Source: Azolla caroliniana (taxonomy: Eukaryota > Plantae > Polypodiophyta). From it: a stretch of 64,000 bases of DNA. Of this stretch, positions 1 through 11,737 are shown one piece after another (position 1 is the first letter of the stretch; each line of letters starts with the position of its first letter). Under the pieces are notes generated by a model. It searched no databases. It saw nothing but the letters and a program-made list of their open reading frames with translations, and had not been told where the DNA came from. The stretch is from NCBI GenBank assembly GCA_043228905.1, contig JBHGNT010000002.1, positions 27,838,001-27,902,000 on the forward strand, given 5' to 3'. A program made the position numbers and the translations under genes.

Positions 1-614
1 ATGCAGTATATAGGGAGCGACATGTGAAAAACTCTCTGAAAATGATCTCAATGCTCATGTACGTCATTCTCTCCCCAATGCTCTATGGGTTCATTGTGCA
101 GATCTTTAAGATCTCCCAATGATGCAAAGTCTATATATATGATTCCACTTAAACATTCTGGCTGTATAAGAAAGCATTAGAACCTGCTGTTTATCTGTAT
201 CTAGATGATCATATTAGTCCTGGTGCCCAAACTGCTAATGCACACATCAATGCAGGAGTGAATAATTAAAAGCCACTTTCCTGTATACCTTACATGCCGC
301 CACCATTGGTCCTCATATTCCATTACCTTATTTCATGCTATCTCCCTCTTATTTCATTAAAATGGTACAATGGCAAACTTAGTACTCTTCAAATTCCACT
401 ACCTAATGTCACAATTGGCAGATTTTTTCTTACAGGACTGTGCATGTATATCTGCTTACCTCAACCTCTATCTGATGTGACCAGGTCCACAGCTGCCCTA
501 TTACACTGCACTGCACATGGATAAATGTATGTCCCTATAAGAGGCCCTGATAATGATTCTATCCTTTCATGTGTGCCTCATATTAGGCCATCTTCCTTAC
601 AAGAGTTGTTGTGG

Positions 615-1790
615 GGTTAATCCATGTTATTACGTTAGCCAATTTGAAAATATCAGTGTGGATCACTCTATTCTTTTACACTTCGGTCAAGTTTAGATAG
701 GGAGAATCCAAGCTATATCGGAACGGAGGTAGTGCATTTATGCTTATGTCATGTGACTCAAACCAGTATTACGTATCAGTATATGAACAATGATTATCTC
801 TACATTTAGCAAGTTGTTTTGATGACACAAGTGCCAAATTTGAGTATCTTCATATAGGGAGCTCCCAAAGTCATTGGTTACCAGTCATTGATAAGATTTA
901 CTGCCTCGATGACTATTGGGGCCGGTCCCATCTTTGCAGAATTTTATAATGGGGGCACCACTGCTTTTCTCCTTATCATGTGGGTAATCATCAAGACTAA
1001 AGGTCTCTCCAAATCTTTCAAATTATTTGACTTGGGCAGACTTGGTCCCTAGGTTTCTATTCAGTAGAGAATAGTAAATGTGACAGGTATCAAATAGCCA
1101 CAATTTAGTTCATGGCTCTTGATATTTGTGCACATTGTCTTGCAAGAGCACTAAGGCCTGCATATCCACTAGAAAGTCGAGCACAGGATGCCTCCTGTAA
1201 GGAAAAGTAAGGCCCTCTAAATGTTACTCCTAGGTATGGGCAAGATTGTGTGTATGCCACCTTTTCCTCTCCCAAGAAGAATTCTGGTTCTGATCTTGTT
1301 ACCAATGCATAAACATCATCACTTTAGTTTTATCTAGGTTACCAATGAACCTTTTCTCCACAGAAAATAATTGCACGGCCTTTAGATGTCTTTGTCGCAC
1401 CTCCAAAGAGTCAGATCAACACAATGTCGTCAGCATATACTAACATCTTTATGTAATGTGATACCTCATCTATATAAAACAGTGGAGATCTTTGTTTTTC
1501 TCCGATAGTGCTAGACACAGAATCCTACACCCCATTGGGAGATCGCTCTTTTCCTGACACAGATTGATACAGTGCATAGATTCTAAGTTGCATTTCTATG
1601 GGAACACCAAGTGCATCTAGAAAGAAGGATATATATATATATATAAACCAAGGTATGATTCTTTCGGTTGTACTGTTGTCGTTCAGCAACTCTCCATATT
1701 GCTTTAGTTTTAGCAAGAACAGTATGAATCACGATTGATCTTTGTATTCCATTACTTTGTATCGTGGGGTATCTCAAATTCTAACTAATT
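615..1790 (-). mobile_element. Degenerate LINE (RTE-X-like) RT and post-RT fragment
   Basis: Minus strand gives VYADDIV (~1420-1442), YLGVTF...ARLSSGYAGLSALARQC (ORF 1105-1305) and PPFRYSL...NRVI...WINP (~615-730). These are colinear with ORF2 of the LINE at 53500-54400. Many stops and frameshifts. Confidence 0.8.
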
Positions 1791-1794
1791 TTAA

Positions 1795-2090
1795 GAGGTC
1801 TTGAGTTGCCCCATCAATTTCTAATGGCGTGTATGAGATGGATGTGTATCCATATAAAAGTTCCTGATGAAGAATGCATCCTGCGACGTAAGTAAAAAGA
1901 GTGTCCTATAGAGCCATCTTCAAGCAAGAGATGCCATGGGGTTCATCCATGTTCTTTCACTATCCAATTTGATGATATCAGTATGGATCACTCTATTCCT
2001 TCCCAATTTGGTCATGTTTAGATGTGGACAGTCCAAGCTATATAGGAATGAGGGTCGTACATTTATATTTATGTGATACAACTGGAACCT
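1795..2090 (-). mobile_element. Second degenerate fragment of the same LINE type (3' part of ORF2)
   Basis: 1935-2070 is a diverged direct copy of 615-750 (shared GGATCACTCTATTC and TCCAAGCTATAT) and continues into the region homologous to MSYYKKHF...IGQLR of the intact LINE. Confidence 0.65.
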
Positions 2091-2533
2091 TGCTTTTTAG
2101 CATAAGAACAATGTACTTGGAGATAGGGAAACAAAAAAAGAAAAACTATGTTAATGTCTTTATGAAGGCCAAAGTGGGCTTTGAGACCTGAAAATGTTAG
2201 TCATAAATTGTTATGTAACATCTCAAATCCATACTTGAGTTCACAAAACACAAAAAATGTACGATTATGCAAATGAAAGAACTATGCTAGTACCAAACAG
2301 GACTATCAAAGCCATGCTACAAGAAATGGTCTTCCAAATAAAGTATTAATGCTACTAAACCCACAACGATCTACGGGATTAAAGCATTTTTACAAATATA
2401 CTACAGAGAATGAAATGTTATAGTAATGTCTTCAAACGTCCAAACCGACCTAGGAAACCAAAAGTTACATCCATGTGGATATTCCAGAAATGCTAGCAAA
2501 GTGACTAAATTAAATTAGAGTGAGAGAGCTTAC

Positions 2534-5500
2534 AGAAAGTATATTTTTCACAGCAGCTGTAAGAAGGATCACAGCCCAAAGTGTGATCCCATTAAGCCTT
2601 GCAATCAGTGGGTATATAGCAATAAGACATACTGACAAGAACTGAAATATCATAAGGCACCACAAAATTACATTAGCAGGAACATCATTCCACCACTACA
2701 GCAAGCAACAAAAGAAGGATAGTGGAGATACAGTGGATATACTACTGCACTATTCTTACTGCTGGAAAACGAACTACTTGAATTGCACCAAAGATTTTGA
2801 CGAGCCGTGGAAAGAGGAAAAGCCGGAACATTAGAAGACACGCACCTAGAGAAGGCAAGAAGAAACATCATATATACAGGAAGATTTCTTATATACTACA
2901 TGAGGAAGGTGGCATTTCCAGTTTCCATATTCATGTCTCATACCAGTTACAGCAAGAACATCACCAACTTCAGAAGTAGTAAATCCTAGACCACCATAAA
3001 TCTTTGGGCTAACAGACCACAAAGAAAAGATCTGCACATTCAAACTATTTTCTAAGCCATGATACCAGACTTCTATCATGAAGGGAATCCATAATTGTAA
3101 GATGAGTTTAGAATTTTCACCTCTGAATATGCCATGGAGTGTAGTGCCCAAAGACAGTAAACACATACTGCAGCTATCATCTCCCGATTTCTCCAAAGTG
3201 GTCTTTTAGCCTTTTCTGTAGCAAGTTTTGAACCATCAAAGTCTTCCAATTCTTTACCATTTTCAACATCACTGCTTTTCCTATCAACTATCTTCTCATC
3301 AAGAACTATTACATGTCTTGGGTGATTATGTAAGGTTTCCTGTAAGCAATATAATCAGGAGTTACAACTGAAGACATTGAAGCAGAAATTGAAATGAATG
3401 AACAATGATGAAGACATGTAGAACGTATTGTAGCTATAGTAACATTCAGGGTTCTTTCCATACCCAAGAATATCTATTCGGTTCGCAGGATGGTAAAGCA
3501 TAAGGAAAAGCATTTTAATTTAATTTTAGTTCTCATTAAAATCCCATCAATGCAATACAACAGCAGTAATATTCATGCATAAGATGTATTTCATTAGGCT
3601 CTTAAACATGTGGGGATAGTAAACATACTTAGCACCATTATAATGGCAAGCTCTCCGCATAGACTGGAATACAACCAACTACCAACACATGTTTGTAAAT
3701 AGCATGCAATACTATTTAACACATTTGAGAAAAGATGCATGTTTTTTGTTAACATATTTCATCAAATTTTCACAATATATATTCGATCTGGCATTACTTA
3801 CTGGAATGTGAAAGCTCAGAAAAAGCCCTGCTAATGCAAACACAGATATGCATATACAAGGCAAAGCATAAGGAAACCTGCAATCAAAGCACATATTCAA
3901 TCTCATAACCAGAAACAGAATCACATGGTTTGTCATTAAACTTCAACTCCTTTCTCTTACTGAAAATAGTCACCTGCTAAATAATGAACCACTTGGAAAT
4001 AGAATAGGATATTTCTGAGCAGGCTGCAAAAACAAGGAATTCCAACATATTATATCTAGTTTAATCAGATTTTCCAATTTAGGGATAAGAAAGGAGTCAT
4101 TCCATATTTCGAATGTAACCAAACATCAGTTCAATGTGTTAGGCATCCTCAATTATAGCACGTCAGATTCTACTTAGGACTACCACCAATGCGAAAGTAA
4201 AATCCACAATCAAGATTATGGACATGTGATGCCAATTGCTTATAAGTTGGTTTATATTAATTCATTTGTTGATGATGATGGTCAAATGGCTGCATTTTCC
4301 CTTCCTGGTCTTGATCTTCAGTACAAAACATTTTCATACATTTATTTCTGCGAGGCCAGATATGCCAGATTTTTTGGAGGTTACATTGGATAAGTGATCT
4401 CTTGCACTGGTTCAATGAATGGGAATGCTACATTTCATTCTAGTCAAGGAACTATCAATGGATGAGGTTAAGGGGTACAGGTGACCCATGGCCACGTTTA
4501 GGATTGGGGTAGTCCAAAAGTTTAAACGCACAAGATTGAGTTCAGGCTTGATATTGCACATTTAGCACATATTCATGAGAGATTTTCAAGGAAACCAAAA
4601 TGAACCTGAGCCAAGTATCCTCCAATAGCTGGTCCAATTATCAACCCAACTCCCCACATTGTACCAACCTACATAAAACTGACAATTCAAAAACTGTCGC
4701 CATAAAAGACAAAGAAAAGAAAAAATAAGACGAAATGGTTGTGAGAGCCACCGTCGATATACCCAATGCTTGATGCTCCTTGCTACACAATTCTGATGCA
4801 TATGCCTGTAAAACTCTACTAGTTACTCATTCAGTCACTCCAATCAGAGACGCCATACAAGCTCATAGATTCTCATATATTCTAATTGATATGAGAATCA
4901 GAGCTATTAGACAATAAAAAATTTAAATATTGAGATGTGGATAAATGTTGAAATTAACATCATGATCTCACTACATACCCTTACTGTCCCAAGTATTCCA
5001 TTGCAAATACCAAGAAGAAAGCGTGATATTACTGCAACCCAAAAGTTGCTACTGAAACCAAATAGTGTGTTGAAAACGACTCTGCCATTAGAAATGGAGA
5101 CTTGCTCATGAAAATATCAATCACAAAGGTGAACATGTTTTCATACATATTTATTGTCAATCAGATTTGCCATTTACATTGATGCGGTACCAATAAGCAT
5201 GACAGGCTTGCGTCCATATCTATCTGCTACCATACCCCATAATGCTGAAGTCATGAAACGACCAAGCATCATGGCGGATCCTATAAATAACAACCACAAA
5301 TTTGATAGTCAATTAATTCCACTGATTCAACTGTATTGGTTAACATTATAGAAGGGGTATCTATATATCAATAGGGAGGCATGATAAGATGGAGGCACAC
5401 AAGAGCCGACATATCTATGGCCTACATTTGAAAAATGTAAGGACTCATCAGTAATCCTCACTTCTCAATCAGGAAATTCAAAATCTAAGTAAACCAATAT

Positions 5501-8500
5501 TTACTTAAGTGCATGTAAAGTCAGTTTTTGTTCCAAAGAAAAGATTGCTGCATATTTGTTGGACGTTAGGACACTCAAGTATAAAGGTCAATACTGGGGA
5601 TTCAAGTACCACCACAATCAAAGAATTAGGGTTTTACTTGAATGTATAAAACATAAAGGCATCATTCCAAAAAGTCAAAAAGTAGAAAAAACGAAAGTCA
5701 TGTATAAGAAGATTCAAATTTAAGGAAAACGTTCATAACTTCTTCATCCAATATCCAAATTAAGATAAAAAATATTTACTAAAAAGTTAACGGCTTTCTA
5801 AGAATATCTTGTGTGCCAAAATTAGAGCTACAAATAAAAAACGGTGATTCAAAAAGTAGGTCAATATCAAAAGAGGATAATTAGGTCTATTTTTATAAGA
5901 TATATTTTAAAAATCATGAAGCCCTTATATAGACTCAAGTATATCCATTAGAAAAAAAAGGATAGTCTATCAAGACCGCAACCAAAAACCTAAAGTAGGA
6001 GCAGATTCTAAGAGATTGAGAAGAGAAAAAAAAGAAGGATTGAAGTTTAGAAAAAGTAAGAAGAAACATAATAGAAGAAAGAGGTGGAAGAATGAAAGAC
6101 TGTTATGACTTAGTGTGATTAAAATTTAAGCAGTGCTTCAATGTGTGGTTGTATTTATGATATAAAGAGTTTCTATTCTCATCATAATAATAAATTGAAG
6201 TATTCTTTTCTCCTTCTCTTCTCTCTCTTTTCTTTTCTTTATTACTCTTTATAATTTTGATGAAGAGTGATAATAAAAAAGAGAAAAGAACTCTACAATT
6301 TATTATTACCAAAACAATAAAACTCTTATATTGTAGACACAACCAGATGCCAAAGAACTACTTGATTTTCAATCACCCAAACTCATAAAGGTCCTTCCTT
6401 CATCTCCTTTCTTCTATTATATCTTTCTTTGTCTCACACTTGTTTCAAACTTTAATCCTTCTTATTTCTCTTACCAAATCTCTAAGAATCCCTTCCTATT
6501 TCTAAATTTTTGGTTGTGTTCTTGGTCAGCTATCCTTGTTTTCTAATGGATACTGTGAGGCCTTCAAGATTTTTAAAATATCTCCTAAATATAGATCTAG
6601 TTATCCTCCTTTGACACAGACCTTCTTTTTCCATCACTATTTCTTCCTTGTAGCTTTAATTATGGGATACAAGATATTATTAAAAAGGTCTCATCGTTAG
6701 CTTTTTAATGAATCTTTTTCTTCTCAATTTGGATGTTAGATGACAAAGTTATGAGTGTTTTCCTCTATCTGAATCTTCTTATCCACGACTTGTGTTTTTT
6801 CTACTTTTTGACTTTTTAAAAAATTGCCTTCTATTTTTATCCATTCAAATTTCTTCTTCCTCTGACTGTTGTGATAATTGAACCCTCAATGTTGACCTTT
6901 ATTCTTGACTTTCTTAGCCTTCAACACATTCGCAGTAATCTTCTCTTTGGAACCAAAACTGTCGCCGTTGCCAATCTGCCTTAAGATACATTTCAAGAGC
7001 AAAATTTATACTTACAAGCAATTTTGTATTTTCCAAGGACCTTCATTTATATCACATTCTCTCATTATAATTTCTTCATTTTGGTCTCACTATAAGCTTC
7101 AAAAGTTCTACCAACGCAACATCAAAAGTCTCTAGTTACACATTTCAACATGCATTAATGTGCAACCACATTCGAGATATCTTGCCAATGGTTCACTATA
7201 ACTTAGCATATGTGGTCAAGTGCATAAACAGCCTTCATACCATTTATCAAGAACAAAAGTACATTTAACAGTGAACTCCTACAACCACAACTTGCTTTTT
7301 ATCCCAATCTACACCACTAGATAAGTCATCTCAATGAGTGTAAATTCTATGTTATCCATCCTCATATCATAGATGTCCACGAATAGCAAAAAGGAATGCC
7401 AAATACATGAAACACAATAATGAGTTTCTACCATTTCTCCTAATAGTCATGAGCATATTCAACCATGACGAAGTCTGGCACCAAGTTAGGTAAAGTTCTA
7501 CTAAAAATATTTATAATATGTGCAATCATATTCATCTAAACAGACTATTAAGATCCCTCTGTTATGAAACTTATTTCTCGTGATTTTGTATAATCAAGCA
7601 TAGACGCATCAATTTTTGTATTCCATGGAAAACCTACAAAGTATATGACTTGTAATCTCTTCTCATCTTCTGAATTTCAACAGTTTTTTTCCTGTAAACA
7701 AATTTATTCAAACATATCTTTTCACCTATATAGCCAGCATATGAACCAATCTTCGTATCTGAATCTGCAACACCAAAATCTCGAACCTGCAAATATATTG
7801 TGCAAGGTTTTTATCAAATTTATGCACATTTTTTTTGCTAAAGATGACCAAAAATAAAGGAGAAAAAAATACCATGAAGTAGATAAATGGAAATAGTGAA
7901 GCAATAGGTAATGCTGCAAAAGATACAAAATAAGCAAGTATTAGAAAAAGTAAATTTCAAATACGCATTAAATCCTCACTATGCAAAGAAAATTGTGCCA
8001 ACTTTTCAGGTATGTTACAAGCACATATAAGAGATCTCTTTCTTTCTTCCTATTGCAAATTATTTCATCACATATACTATCAATGAATATAGATGGAGAG
8101 GCCTCTTATATCCAAGATCTCTAAGAAAAACAGGGCTAAGTCCTCATTGCCACTATCAACATGAGCTTTTTAGCGTTGATATATGGATGCACCTTCAAGA
8201 GCAGTAGTGGCTCATGCCATATCAGTGTCCTACATTCAGAGCACATGGGGGCTCCTTGAGACAAAATTGCGACATTGGCTCTTAAATCTTCATGACAGCT
8301 TACTATTTAGGTGGATACTTAACCTTATCCTTAAATGACATCTTAGTTTTAAGTTGCATGGATTCTAACTTTCAATATAGACAGACTGCAACCTTCGTAG
8401 TACTCTTCCGATGCACCCTCCTCACCATGACTTTCTCTGAGAGTACTCGGGTAATCATTCAGGATCATATCCAGCTGGATGTCAGAAGGCCATGGATATG

Positions 8501-11145
8501 CCCTCACATAAGCTCTGGACAATAATGGATTTCCACAGGAGTCGTCTTCTCATCAGTACAGATGATGGTTTTATTTGATGATGCCCACTTGCATCATGGG
8601 CCTAGGTGTGTTATTAGACAGCCACATACTTCAACACATTAGCTAAAGATAGAGATTGGGTATACCCCAAAATAAATGTGCTAAAGGAGATAAACACATA
8701 GGATCACTATACCCATAGCACAGCATACTATGAGATTCAATGATAGGCTTTGATTCCTGTGTAGACTCATGGTTTATCATGGCCAGAGATCTCTATAAAT
8801 CTTTCAAAGAGATCTCTACAACTCTTTCAATAAAGATCTCTTTATGAAGAAAATTTACAAATTCCATCATATCATGGGAGACATGGACTACTTAGAAAGA
8901 TATTGACGCAATTAGAGAAACCTTGGTAGAGTACTGGATGGCAGAGAAATCTGGCGCTGCACTCTTCATGTATTATGGTTCCCTTTAGTATGTAGAGCAC
9001 CACTTAGCTGTGAGCTTTAGGTTTGCACTTTGTTTTGCTTCTATCCAACATTCGTATCATACCATAGGCCATTTGTATCTCATAGATCTTTTTGGATTTT
9101 TGGAGCCTATTGTCTCTCAAAAGTCTGGATATTTGCCTGCCCCGGTTTTTGTCCGATAAGTGGTCGACACTCTCTCCAACACATCATCATCATCACCTGA
9201 GGACACCCAGATGCATTTGTTAAGGTTCTTCATAGGCTTGCTCCACCGCACCATCCAACCTTGGATACCATGTCCTTCACCACCAGTCAAACCATACACG
9301 TTACTTATGCATTCCATTCTACTGAATGCACTAAGATCATGACCATGATCATGAATCTTTAGGAACCCTAGAGCGTTATTTTTGTTTCAGTATAGACAAC
9401 ATGAATTCACCCATACTTGTAGTCATTCCTTGTCTCATTGGCTTGTTTTGGCCTCTACTAGACATCGATATTTCTTTTTTTCTAGCACATCAGATTGCTA
9501 TTTCTTCCTAAACCCTAACCATGTCACATTAAAAGGCCATGTTAGAACAACAACGTCACCAAGCACATTTCAAGGAACAACATGACCAACTCCGCCTTCA
9601 AGTAGGGTGCACCCATATGCACTCCAAGCCTCCGCATTCACACTTGGACATGAATAGAGTGATCACAATTCATAATTTTGTCATAGATATCGCAATCAGC
9701 AACGGTTTGGTTTGGCTCAGTTTAGTTTGAGAGTGTCAAACCCAAACCTTCAAAAAAGTTGAAATTTAAACCAAACCAAACCATAAAACCATTCAAACCC
9801 AACCGTGAAAAAAAATCTAAGCTCAAACCAAATGGTTTTAGACATTTTCAAACCATTAAAACTGTGGTTTCACAGTTTGGTTTCGGTTTTCAAGTCAGGT
9901 CAAAATTCAGATTTTCAATTTTCAAATTTTCATATTTAAAATTTTTCTAAATTCAAAATTTTAAGGATTTCTCCTAAAATGACATACAATTAGGCTTCAA
10001 AATTAAAAGGTTGTTCAAAAGAATAATCAAGAAAATAAATTAATCATGCTTTTACTCCTTCCTTCTCCTCCCTTTCACCTGAGTTCTACCTTTGGCTGCA
10101 CCACATCACGACACTGTTATCTAGGCATTGTAGCGTGGAAGGTTTGTGTTTGGGGAACCCAAATTTGTCTGGTGGAGTGTTTCATGTCCGGCTTTGTCTT
10201 GTTGGGGCTATCAATACTTGGCAAATTGTCCACCAAAACAGGAAGGATCCCCCCCATAGTGCTCACAAAGCAATACGCCAACACATAGTTTCCTCCCCCA
10301 AACTAGACATCGAAGGTAAGAGATGCACTTTGCATAACTAGAGCTCACATATTTTTGCACGTTATGTACAGGAGAGTCCAAGAGCAAGCAATACTTTGTG
10401 CAAGTGTCCAACTCACAAGCACGACAAAGAGAAGTATGCCATCCCACACTCTTCACGGAGTTCGCCACCATTCCACAAATAATGGAGAAGTCTGACCCAT
10501 ATCACTCAAGCTAAGGCTTGCCCGAGCATCAAGAGCAAAGGGAATTGACACTTATATTACCTCAAAAGTGTCTCAGCCTCTCAAGGAAACCAAGATGTAA
10601 TTACTGTACTTTAACACTGCCTCACACCACCACTCATCTGAAGAAGACAACCAATTACTCCAAAATCATTCCACCAAATGTATTAAGATCATGAGCATGC
10701 AGCTTTGGGTAACCTAGAGCTTTTACTTTTGTTTTAGTATCCATAAAATGAATTCACCCATATTTACAATCATGATTTTGTCTTATAGGTCGATCTTGGG
10801 CTCTGATAGATGATGATATATATTTCTTTCTCTCTCATATTGGTTCATTCATTTTGGAGGTCTCATTGGTCATGCAGACCTCACGAAAAGATAATAATCA
10901 TCATTCATCAATTCACAAAAACACACACACACATGCAAATAAGAAATCCTCGTACCGTTGCAAAGGACGAGGAATGCAACAAAAGAAAGCTCCTTCCTTG
11001 GTGGACCTTTGGAAGTAGCTTTCCGGAGGCGAAGAAGACAACCAGGGCAGTCTTCATAGAACTCTGTTTCGGAAGATTGATGCAAGAGAAGGGGAATGGT
11101 CTGGTCATCGTTATTCTCATCGGAAGACACAGATCTTTGCCCCAT
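2534..11145 (-). CDS. ZIFL1: ZINC INDUCED FACILITATOR-LIKE (ZIFL) MFS transporter; 13 exons identified, C-terminal exons not confidently found in window
   Basis: Exons: 11145-10956, 7913-7873, 7786-7726, 5280-5178, 5081-4979, 4805-4752, 4668-4606, 4023-3974, 3877-3802, 3339-3121, 3031-2944, 2845-2760, 2641-2534. All are GT-AG and in phase. Motifs: ZIFL Cys motif CPGC, ALPIASLFPFIYFM, MFS motif A WGMVADRYGRKP, GLIIGPAIGGYLAQPA, FPYALPC, PETLHNH, AYSEIFSLWSVSP..GGLGF. Symbol is family-level, not proven orthology. Confidence 0.9.
5522..6961. repeat. ~1.44 kb foldback inverted repeat (two ~720 bp arms, loop of about 9 nt) in ZIFL intron 3
   Basis: 5522 CAGTTTTTGTTCCAAAGAAAAGATT pairs with AATCTTCTCTTTGGAACCAAAACTG ending 6961. 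Complementarity continues inward (e.g. AAAAAGTCAAAAAGTAGAAAAAAC / GTTTTTTCTACTTTTTGACTTTTT) to TTACTCTTTA-loop-TGAAGAGTGA at 6242-6270. Confidence 0.9.
9690..10040 (+). mobile_element. Truncated left end of the hAT-type MITE family seen at 30854
   Basis: GCAATCAGCAACGGTT...GAGAGTGTCAAAC...CAAGTCAGGTCAAAATTCA...TTAGGCTT...AAAAGGT is colinear with 30854-31190. AACC/GGTT subterminal repeats present; no right TIR. Confidence 0.75.
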
Positions 11146-11220
11146 CTCTTGCAGCCAGCAAACCTTGAAAGGCTTAACACCACATTCGAAGCTCTAATCT
11201 CTCGCACGCGCCACACAGCA

Positions 11221-11250
11221 TGCAGGTGCAGGTGCAGGTGCAGGTGCAGG
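11221..11250. repeat. (TGCAGG)5 hexamer repeat just upstream of the ZIFL ATG
   Basis: Read directly from sequence. Confidence 0.9.
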
Positions 11251-11422
11251 AGAATGGAAGGAGTAGAAACATCCCTCTGCTTTCGCATTTATCCTCCCCC
11301 AAATAAGGGAGAAAAACTAATGAAACAGGCAAGGCAACGATTGGTCAAGACCATCCTCCTTCCTCTCAACTTCCACATAATCAGTGGCATGTGATGTGGG
11401 CTGGAATGCCCCCATCATACAT

Positions 11423-11737
11423 TACATACATACATACATACATGTATGTGTGTGTGTATGTATGTATGTATGTATGTATGTATGCATGTCTATGTGTATG
11501 TATGTATGTATGTATGTATGTATGTATGTATGTATGTATGTATGTATGCATGCATGCATGTGTGTATGTATGTATCTATGTGTGTGTGTGTATGTATGCA
11601 CGTGTGCATATGTATGTGTGTGTGTGTGTGTGCATGTGTGTATGTATGTATCATGTATGTATGCACGTGTGCATATGTGTGTATGTATGTATGTATGTAT
11701 GTATGTATGTATGTATGTATGTATGTATGTATGTATG
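11423..11737. repeat. Compound (CATA)n/(TATG)n/(TG)n microsatellite
   Basis: Read directly; it explains the spurious MYVC/CMYV ORFs. Confidence 0.95.

Noticed and set aside
8140-9330. Probable old retroelement debris in ZIFL intron 1
   Set aside because: No diagnostic motif recovered.
10810-11394. 194 aa + strand ORF
   Set aside because: Antisense to ZIFL exon 1, runs through simple repeats, no recognisable domain.
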